Shown in pieces: positions 23,264-29,342 of a stretch of DNA of 32,000 bases (position 1 is the first letter of the stretch; each line of letters opens with the position of its first letter). Below the pieces are notes generated by a model. It saw only the letters and a program-made list of their open reading frames with translations. It was not told the DNA's origin and searched no databases. Position numbers and translations under genes: made by a program. Source of the DNA: an uncultured Verrucomicrobiota bacterium. Its GTDB lineage: Bacteria > Verrucomicrobiota > Verrucomicrobiia > Limisphaerales > CAIMTB01. The DNA lies in NCBI GenBank assembly GCA_942490575.1, contig CALNYA010000060.1, forward strand, positions 1 through 32,000, in the 5' to 3' direction.

Positions 23264-24058
23264 ATGGATCGGACTGAAAAGCTGACGTTGCTGGTCGTGG
23301 ACGATCAGAGCGAGGTCTTGGACGTGTACCGCGACGTCCTGCAGGAAGGACTGAAGCACGAAGTGGAGTGCGTCTGCATGCCGGCGGAAGCGCTTCATCT
23401 GGCCCAGCACCGTCTCTTCGACATGGCGATAATCGACGCCAAGATCCCGTACCGGCAGGCCCCGCTCGGGGGACTCCTGCTGGCCGAGGACATCGGCCGG
23501 ATCCTGGGTTCCCATTCGGTCCTCCTGATGTCCCAATATGACCTCCGCGGTCAGGTGTCCCAGTTCAACTCCAACTTCCGCTTCCTAGCCAAGCCTCGGC
23601 CGGAGCAGTCCATCGTTTTATGGGCGGAGAAGGTGCTGCTCGAAAAAGTGAAATCCATGGTGAGAAGCCAGTACGGCTTCGTAGTCATGCCTTACGGACG
23701 GACGGAGTGTGACCGATGGTACCAGGACACACTGTCGCCATGGATGCATGAGGCCGGATATGCTCTCAGACGAATGGATGAAATTGCGACCGTCAAAGCC
23801 ATCAACGTCGAACTCCTCAACCGGATCCGCGACGCTCACTTCGTCGCGGTCTACATCCCGTTCGAGAATCCCAACGTGTACTTCGAAGCCGGTTTCGCGA
23901 TGGCCTTGGAGAAGTTCCTACTGCTCTTCTCCCCCAATCGGGAAAGCCTCCCCTTCGACATCCGCGCGAATCGCGTCTTCCACACCTCCGACGGCGGAAC
24001 CCAATCCGCGAGGGCGGAGCTGGTCAATTTCATGCGCGCCCTTCGGGGAATTCACTGA
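23264..24058 (+). CDS. Response regulator with a C-terminal nucleoside 2-deoxyribosyltransferase / DNPH1 (Rcl)-like domain
   Basis: ATG 23264 within track ORF 22835..24058, preceded by AGGAG at 23254-23258, and 8 nt after the kinase stop. REC features are LLVVDDQSE, MAIIDAKIP, VLLMSQ and FLAKP. The C-domain (about 23669-24049) reads YGFVVMPYG...WYQDTLSPWMHEAGYAL...INVELLNRIRDAHFVAVYIPFENPNVYFEAGFAMALEKFLLLFSP...LPFDI. It has the beta-alpha pattern and the conserved Glu of the N-(deoxy)ribosyltransferase-like fold. Confidence 0.7.
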   Translation: MDRTEKLTLLVVDDQSEVLDVYRDVLQEGLKHEVECVCMPAEALHLAQHRLFDMAIIDAKIPYRQAPLGGLLLAEDIGRILGSHSVLLMSQYDLRGQVSQFNSNFRFLAKPRPEQSIVLWAEKVLLEKVKSMVRSQYGFVVMPYGRTECDRWYQDTLSPWMHEAGYALRRMDEIATVKAINVELLNRIRDAHFVAVYIPFENPNVYFEAGFAMALEKFLLLFSPNRESLPFDIRANRVFHTSDGGTQSARAELVNFMRALRGIH

Positions 24059-24139
24059 TCGGGCGGCGGGAGCCCCCGGATCGAAACGCGCGAAGGGATT
24101 TCTTCCACAGTCGGTGACTCAAGGGACGAAGCGCGGAGT

Positions 24140-24394
24140 TCAATTCTTTGTGATACCCATCAGCTTCTCCCATTCCCCGCTAAAGAGCCTGATGTTGTCC
24201 GAGATCTTTGGAGGCTGCTCCAGCACCTTGCCCATCAGCCGATCCGCCATCTCGGGATTCATGCGGGTCAGTTCCGCCGCCGCGACCACGAGAGCCAGGC
24301 AATTGTTGATGTCGTGCCTCACCGTGGAGAGGTGGCGGTTGAGCATGTCGATCTGCTCAACGCTCAGGGTGACCGGACTGGTCGGCAGCTGCAT
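24140..24394 (-). CDS. Small stand-alone DHp (HisKA-like) protein, possible phosphotransfer or kinase-modulating protein
   Basis: This is the C-terminal 84 codons of track ORF 24140..24604, starting from ATG (comp. 24392-24394): MQLPTSPVTLSVEQIDMLNRHLSTVRHDINNCLALVVAAAELTRMNPEMADRLMGKVLEQPPKISDNIRLFSGEWEKLMGITKN. It has an H-box of the RHDINN type followed by a second helix, and no ATPase domain. The upstream part of the ORF is Gly/Arg-rich and unconvincing. Confidence 0.5.
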   Translation of the reverse strand: MQLPTSPVTLSVEQIDMLNRHLSTVRHDINNCLALVVAAAELTRMNPEMADRLMGKVLEQPPKISDNIRLFSGEWEKLMGITKN

Positions 24395-24619
24395 GCCGGG
24401 ACCATTCACTCCACGGCCGGCCCCCGCAAGGGGAGGGTAGCCCAGTTCAAGCCTGATCGAATGACCCCCGGGTGTCCCGCTGGACAAAAGCTGGAACGAC
24501 GCCAAATCCGCCGAGAAGGTTGCTCGCTGACGGTGGTGAATTGGTCCGTGGGTGATTGCCGCGACGCCCCCTCGGCCACCTTGGCTTGTGCAAATCGACG
24601 ACAAGCGGAGGCGATCTCT

Positions 24620-25057
24620 TCAAACACCTTGCCGTCGCAACACGAACTCGCGAACGGTGGGGGCGAGATCGAGCACTTCGAACTCCGCCCGCGCGACCCA
24701 TCGGAACTCACTGTGCTCCGCGGAAAGCTGAAGCTCACCCGCGACTCGTTCGACGACGTGATGGAGGCTCACGATCTTCACCCGATCCAATTCGAGTTCC
24801 GTGGCACCCAATAGGGCGCCGACCACGACCTCGAAGCCGACCTCTTCCCGCACCTCGCGGCGCAGCGCGTCCTCGATCGTTTCGCCGGCGTTCAGTTTGC
24901 CCCCGGGCAGTTCCCATTGACCCCCGAATCGTTTCGAATCAATTGCCCGACGGAGGAACAGGACCTTTCCATCGCCGTCGCGAAGCACCGCGCGCACGGA
25001 GATTCCCCGAGCTTTGCCAGCGGGAATGCCCGACGGCGGCGACGGAGCGGCGAACAT
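24620..25057 (-). CDS. NUDIX hydrolase (MutT-like)
   Basis: Track ORF 24620..25147. The likely start is the ATG at comp. 25055-25057 (MFAAPSPP...), because the first 30 codons fall inside repeat copy 2. The Nudix box is GGQWELPGGKLNAGETIEDALRREVREEVGF. Confidence 0.85.
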   Translation of the reverse strand: MFAAPSPPSGIPAGKARGISVRAVLRDGDGKVLFLRRAIDSKRFGGQWELPGGKLNAGETIEDALRREVREEVGFEVVVGALLGATELELDRVKIVSLHHVVERVAGELQLSAEHSEFRWVARAEFEVLDLAPTVREFVLRRQGV

Positions 25058-25087
25058 TTCCGAGGGTTTGACGCGCGGGTGGTTTTC

Positions 25088-25177
25088 GCAAGAGGTCTTG
25101 CCTTTGGCTCCGAGCGGACCGCCCTCCTGCTCGCAATTCCCGATCATGGCCGGGTGCCTGGCGCGAGGCGGAGCGCC
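25088..25177. repeat. Dispersed repeat element, copy 2 (conserved 36-nt core at 25142-25177)
   Basis: The core GATCATGGCCGGGTGCCTGGCGCGAGGCGGAGCGCC differs by one base from 17339-17374 and has the same orientation. It supplies the C-terminal ALRLAPGTRP and stop of gene 25144..25827, and a spurious N-terminal extension to the NUDIX ORF. Confidence 0.65.
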
Positions 25178-25827
25178 GCTTCCGCGACGCGTTTGCCGAC
25201 CTGCGCGGCCGTTCCCAAGCCGAGTTCGTCCCGCGCGATGCTGTCACCCGCCGAGAGTAGCGTGGCGCCCTGGAAGGCCGGGGCATGCCCCCCCACCGGG
25301 ATCATCCCGAAGCAAAGGAGAATGGTCTGGATCTCCTGAATGGTCAGTTCCTGTCCGCCGTTGCGGAAGGCGCCCACCGTCACGACGCCAAACGGCTTGT
25401 CGGCGAGGACCATCACGGGTTCGCGCAGCGGCGCGAGCCGTTCCAGGAAACACTTGGCCAACCCGGACAAGGACCGGAAATAGCACGGGGACCCGATGAC
25501 CAGGCCACCAAGCGCCGGGTCGCGGAACTTCGGCAGCAGGCCCGCCATGTCGTCCGCCGGCGGTTGCGGCGACCAAGGCGCGATCGAGAGTCCGCCGAGA
25601 TCGATCAGCTCCGTCTGAAGACGCGGCGATACCGCCTTCGCGGCATCCAGGGCGGCTTGGACGGCTTGGGCCGTCGTCATGCCCTTGCGCGGGCTGCAGG
25701 AGACGCCGATCAGCTTCATGGGCGATCCGCCAGGGGCTTCCGCTCCAAGAACGGACGTCGCGGTTGTCGCCAGCGCGACGGCGCCGGCGGAGGTAAGGAA
25801 CTCTCGACGCGGGACAGGATTGTTCAT
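25144..25827 (-). CDS. Tat-signal flavodoxin-like NAD(P)H-dependent FMN reductase family protein
   Basis: Track ORF 25144..25869. The likely start is the ATG at comp. 25825-25827: MNNPVPRREFLTSAGAVALATTATSVLGAEA, a twin-arginine motif RREFL followed by a hydrophobic region. Next come MKLIGVSCSPRKGMTT...LVIGSPCYFRSLSGLAKCFLERL..., typical of FMN_red / iron-sulfur-flavoprotein-like proteins. Confidence 0.75.
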   Translation of the reverse strand: MNNPVPRREFLTSAGAVALATTATSVLGAEAPGGSPMKLIGVSCSPRKGMTTAQAVQAALDAAKAVSPRLQTELIDLGGLSIAPWSPQPPADDMAGLLPKFRDPALGGLVIGSPCYFRSLSGLAKCFLERLAPLREPVMVLADKPFGVVTVGAFRNGGQELTIQEIQTILLCFGMIPVGGHAPAFQGATLLSAGDSIARDELGLGTAAQVGKRVAEAALRLAPGTRP

Positions 25828-25865
25828 GGACTGAGTTCGGGTTGGTTGTTGGACCGAGTAGGGAA

Positions 25866-26564
25866 TCAAGGAGAGGTGTGGATGAGCCAGACGCCGCCGA
25901 GGAGGACCAGGATGCCGCAGACGGTCTTGAGGACGGCCAGGCCCTTGGATTGATCATTCCAGTTGAGGAAACGCTGGACCCGCTCCGTGGACGCGCCCGC
26001 GGCGACGATCACGGCGCAATGGCCGACGCCATAGGCCACGAGCAACAGGACGCCGAAGATCAGGTCCGAGGCCGCGAGCCGGAAGGTGACCCCGAGCATG
26101 GGCGCCATGTACGCGAAGGTGCAGGGACCGAGGGCGACACCGAAGACCAGCCCCAGGATGAAGGCGGCGAGGAGTCCTTTGCGCTTCATGCCGACCTGGC
26201 CGGGACCAGTCCACGGCATCGGAATCACCCCCAGGAGGTGCAGACCCACGACGAAGAAGATGAGGGCGACGAGGTAGTTCCCGTAGCGTCCGAGGTCCCC
26301 CATCATCCGACCCGCGGCGGCCGTGACGACGCCGATGGCGGCGATGGTGATGAGGATGCCGACGGCGAACAGCGTGGCGGTCCAGAAGGCGCGGCGCGTG
26401 GTGACGCGCCCTTGGTCGCTGATGAAGCCGACGATCAGCGGGATGCTCGCCAGATGACAGGGGCTGAGCAGGATGCTCAGGACGCCCCAGACGAACGCGG
26501 CTCCGAGCGCCACCATGGGAGCCCCTTCGACGGCCCGGCTCAATTGGGTGAACAGTTGTTCCAT
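25866..26564 (-). CDS. ccdA: CcdA/DsbD-type transmembrane thiol:disulfide electron transporter
   Basis: Track ORF 25866..26588. The probable start is the ATG at comp. 26562-26564 (MEQLFTQL...). It is multi-TM and has the two conserved Cys contexts LLSPCHLASIPL and ALGPCTFAYMAP. Confidence 0.85.
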   Translation of the reverse strand: MEQLFTQLSRAVEGAPMVALGAAFVWGVLSILLSPCHLASIPLIVGFISDQGRVTTRRAFWTATLFAVGILITIAAIGVVTAAAGRMMGDLGRYGNYLVALIFFVVGLHLLGVIPMPWTGPGQVGMKRKGLLAAFILGLVFGVALGPCTFAYMAPMLGVTFRLAASDLIFGVLLLVAYGVGHCAVIVAAGASTERVQRFLNWNDQSKGLAVLKTVCGILVLLGGVWLIHTSP

Positions 26565-26637
26565 ACCAGCGCGAGCCACAGCGGCCATTTCCAGGAGCGA
26601 CGGAGTGCCTTCATAGCGATGGGCCGAGTGGGTGGAG

Positions 26638-27307
26638 TCACTTGCATTCGCCCAGCTTGCACGCCTTCGCGATCTGCCCGGGGCTGAGCTTCATTTTGTC
26701 GCCGAGGGCCTGGGCGATGGTGATCTGCCGTCCGGTCATGGACGGACGTTGGTCCAGCCAGGCTTTGAGGTTCGTCTGGTTGACGACGAAGCCCTGCTGG
26801 AAGCAGCCCGCCGAGGGGCCGGGTGTCGGCCTGGACGGGTTCCTCACGGACGATTCCGGACCCGGCCGCGCCCGTGTCGACACCCAGCTCGTTCCACTTG
26901 GCCAGGATGTCCTCCTTCCCGAGGAAACCCGTGTGCCGGTACAGCTCCTTCCCGGCGGCATCGTAGAAGATTTGCGTGGGGATCATCTCGACGCCGTGCT
27001 CCTTGCCCACGTCGGGATTCTCCCAGACATCGATGAATTGGACTTCGAAATGGCTGGCGAAGTCCTTCTTCAGATCGTCGAGGATGGGCGCCATGAGTTT
27101 GCAAGGAATGCACTTGCCCGCGCCGAGGTCGACAAGGCGGGGCATCGGGGCCTTCGACGGAGGTTGCGCGGTGGCCGTTTCCGCCGGGAAACCGGGCGTC
27201 GGGACAGGTGGCGGGACAGCCGCGCGGTCGAAGCGTTTGAGGGCGAAGACGCCGGCGACCGCGGCGGCGAGGACGCCCACGATGAGGAAACGAGCCCAGG
27301 TGTTCAT
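26638..27307 (-). pseudogene. Membrane-anchored thioredoxin-like protein continuing into a Cys-containing C-terminal segment in another frame (frameshift or sequencing indel)
   Basis: The frame of ORF 26540..27307 gives MNTWARFLIVGVLAAAVAGVFAL (anchor), then ...LVDLGAGKCIPCKLMAPILDDL...IPTQIFYDAAGKELYRHTGF...GIVREEPVQADT, then low-GC3 junk. From about 26810-26825 (a G4CCG3 run) the high-GC3 frame is that of ORF 26638..26961: GPSAGCFQQGFVVNQTNLKAWLDQRPSMTGRQITIAQALGDKMKLSPGQIAKACKLGECK-stop at 26638. That end also removes the overlap with ccdA. Confidence 0.6.
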
Positions 27308-27313
27308 GGTGGG

Positions 27314-27571
27314 TCAGGCGGCGGAGGGTTGGGGACGCGCGGCGCCGAGGATTCGCTTCAGTTCCTCGACGGTAGGAACACGGCCGGTGACTTCGACCGC
27401 GTCGTCCACCACCAGAGCCGGCGTCATCATCACGCGATAGGCCAGGATCTGGTTGAGGTCCGTGACCTTGCTCAGTTGGTATTCCAGGCCCAGTTCGCGG
27501 GCCGCCTGATCCGCGGCTTCGGCCAGTTTCTTGCACTTCGCGCAGCCGGGACCGAGAACGAGCAATTGCAT
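27314..27571 (-). CDS. Small thioredoxin-fold redox-active disulfide protein (TM0996/MTH895-like)
   Basis: ORF 27314..27571, 85 aa: MQLLVLGPGCAKCKKL...MMTPALVVDDAVEVTGRVPTVEEL. It has a CxxC motif and the family-typical layout. Confidence 0.8.
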   Translation of the reverse strand: MQLLVLGPGCAKCKKLAEAADQAARELGLEYQLSKVTDLNQILAYRVMMTPALVVDDAVEVTGRVPTVEELKRILGAARPQPSAA

Positions 27572-27598
27572 AGGGGTGTTCCTTTCTTGGTTTGGGTT

Positions 27599-28939
27599 TC
27601 AGACAAAGGCGCCAAAGGCCCAACCGGTGAGGGTGGCCATGACGACGACCAGGCCGGTGAAGGCGAGGGTCTTCCTCCAACCCATCACCGACTTGAGAAC
27701 GAGAATGCTGGGGAGCGACAGCGCCGGGCCCGCCAGGAGGAGCGTCAACATGGGACCCTGATGCATCCCGAGCTTGCCCAGGGCCTCGCAGATGGGGACT
27801 TCCGTGAGGGTGGCGAAGTACCAGAACGAGCCGATGACGCTGGCCACGAGGTTGGCCGAAAACGAGTTGTCCCCGACCAGTCGAGCCACGGCGGCCTCCG
27901 GGATCAGGGCTCCGACAAATCCGACCACGAACACCCCGCCGAACAGAAGGGGCACGATCTGTTTGGAGAAATCCCAGGTGTTGCCCATCCAGTCGCCGAC
28001 ATCCCGACGGTCCAGCCAGCGCCAGGTCATCAGCAGCACGGCGAGGCCCACCGCGCCCGCGAACCACCACTTGCGGTGGTGAACCCAGATCACCCAGGTA
28101 TCCGCCTCACGGATCGACGTGATCCCGGACTTCGCGAGGGTGACCTTGGCGCCGGCCGGCTGGTCCTTCCAAGGGGCCTCCAATTGATACAGGTATTCGT
28201 CGCGAGTCTCCTGGAGTGTCACCGCTTGGATGGAATCCCCGGAGGTCGTCGTCACGACCACGTTCCCCGGGTTGTACCAGTCGCTGAGGACTAGGAACGC
28301 GACCAGGCCGGCCAGGAAGATCGAAGTCTTCCAAAGCGGGCGACGCGGCGCCTCGGGTTCGGGCAGGTGCGCGGACTCCCGCACCCGAGCCTCTTCCTCC
28401 CGGCGGAAGAACCAGGCCATGAGGCAGCCGATGACCACCGAAAAGACGATGGCCCCCACGGCGCGGCCGAGGCCGATGGGAAGGCCCAGGACCCGAGCCG
28501 AGAGGAAGATCGCCAGGACGTTGATGGCCGGGCCGGAGTACAGAAACGCGGTGGCGGGTCCAAGACCCGCTCCAAGGCGATGAATACCCGCGAAGACGGG
28601 GAGGACGCTGCAGGAGCAGACGGCCAGGATGATGCCGGAAACCGAAGCGACGCCATACGCGAGCGGTTTCGGCGAGGTCGGTCCCAGGTACCGCAGCACC
28701 GCCTGCTGGGAGAGGAAGGTGGCGATGGCTCCGGCGATGAACATGGCGGGGACCACGCAGGCGAGCGTGTGGTTGCGGACGTACCACTGGAGAAGCTTGA
28801 AGCCCTCTTGAATGGCGGTCTGGACGGCGGTGTTGGAAAGGGGCAGGTGATAGGCCGCAAGGAAGACACCCGCCATCCAGCCGAGAATTCGGAGTTCCTT
28901 GCGCCAGGGCGCTGGGAGGGCGGAGGAGGTGGCGTTCAC
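27599..28939 (-). CDS. ArsP/DUF318-type permease
   Basis: ORF 27599..28939 (GTG start). It is multi-TM, with the Cys motif ILAVCSCSVLPVF and ...FLYSGPAINVLAI... in the first half and ...ATLTEVPICEALGKLGM...LLAGPALSLPS... in the second. It has a soluble insert of about 90 aa in the middle. It sits in the common arsR / permease / small-Trx arrangement. Confidence 0.75.
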   Translation of the reverse strand: MNATSSALPAPWRKELRILGWMAGVFLAAYHLPLSNTAVQTAIQEGFKLLQWYVRNHTLACVVPAMFIAGAIATFLSQQAVLRYLGPTSPKPLAYGVASVSGIILAVCSCSVLPVFAGIHRLGAGLGPATAFLYSGPAINVLAIFLSARVLGLPIGLGRAVGAIVFSVVIGCLMAWFFRREEEARVRESAHLPEPEAPRRPLWKTSIFLAGLVAFLVLSDWYNPGNVVVTTTSGDSIQAVTLQETRDEYLYQLEAPWKDQPAGAKVTLAKSGITSIREADTWVIWVHHRKWWFAGAVGLAVLLMTWRWLDRRDVGDWMGNTWDFSKQIVPLLFGGVFVVGFVGALIPEAAVARLVGDNSFSANLVASVIGSFWYFATLTEVPICEALGKLGMHQGPMLTLLLAGPALSLPSILVLKSVMGWRKTLAFTGLVVVMATLTGWAFGAFV

Positions 28940-28958
28940 AATTAGAAGCAGAAAAGCT

Positions 28959-28978
28959 ATTTAGCGCATGCGCGAAAT
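28959..28978. promoter_or_regulatory. Imperfect 20-bp palindrome, candidate ArsR-type operator upstream of the permease gene
   Basis: ATTTAGCGCATGCGCGAAAT is symmetric at 18 of 20 positions with a perfect GCGCATGCGC core. It lies between the arsR stop (28996) and the permease start (28939). It shares the 11-mer GCTATTTAGCG (28956-28966) with the site at 29330-29340. Confidence 0.4.
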
Positions 28979-28995
28979 TCTGGGCGAAAAAAGGG

Positions 28996-29304
28996 TCATC
29001 GGCCGCCCCCGTTGGATTTCACGTCGCAGACGCACTGGAAGAAGTTCATCACGCACGGGGTCATGAGACGGTAGAAAACCTGGGTGCCCCGCTTGTCGTC
29101 ATCAACGATGCCGGCGTTCTTCAGGATGGAGAGGTGGCGCGACACGGTCGGCATCTCCGAGCCGACCATGTCGGCGAGGTCGCGGACGCACCGTTCGCCG
29201 CGGGAAAGTTCGTCGACGATCAGGAGGCGACCCGGATGACCGAGGGCCTTGAAGACCTGGGACTGGGACTTGAAGTCGGCGGGCTTGAGCGGGTGCTTGG
29301 GCAT
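28996..29304 (-). CDS. arsR: ArsR/SmtB family metalloregulatory repressor
   Basis: ORF 28996..29304, 102 aa: ...VFKALGHPGRLLIVDELSRGERCVRDLADMVGSEMPTVSRHLSILKNAGIVDDDKRGTQVFYRL. This is a winged HTH with Cys residues in both the helix-3 region and the C-terminal tail. Confidence 0.85.
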   Translation of the reverse strand: MPKHPLKPADFKSQSQVFKALGHPGRLLIVDELSRGERCVRDLADMVGSEMPTVSRHLSILKNAGIVDDDKRGTQVFYRLMTPCVMNFFQCVCDVKSNGGGR

Positions 29305-29326
29305 GGCGGCCTTACGTCGAAGCTTA

Positions 29327-29342
29327 TTCGCTATTTAGCGAA
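29327..29342. promoter_or_regulatory. Perfect 7-2-7 inverted repeat, candidate ArsR operator upstream of arsR
   Basis: TTCGCTA-TT-TAGCGAA lies 23 nt upstream of the arsR ATG (29304) in the 265-nt gap after acr3. It contains the same GCTATTTAGCG 11-mer as 28956-28966. Confidence 0.45.

Noticed and set aside
22128-24394. Calling the phosphorelay a bona fide Detocs system
   Set aside because: Canonical Detocs has a TPR-sensor kinase, a stand-alone receiver and a PNP-family effector. Here the kinase input is a fused REC, the extra component is a DHp-only protein, and the effector fold is NDT/DNPH1-like. Only the architectural analogy is reported, as a hypothesis.
17290-25177. Annotating the 7.8 kb block as a mobile element or genomic island
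   Set aside because: No integrase, transposase, recombinase, conjugation or phage genes are present, and there is no tRNA target. The flanking repeats are short and may be generic REP-type elements. I report it only as an observation to test.
25144-25827. ArsH (organoarsenical oxidase) identity for the FMN-reductase-family gene, suggested by the ars context
   Set aside because: The protein has a Tat leader, whereas ArsH is cytoplasmic. It lacks the ArsH-type sequence that I would recognise, so I kept only the family-level call.
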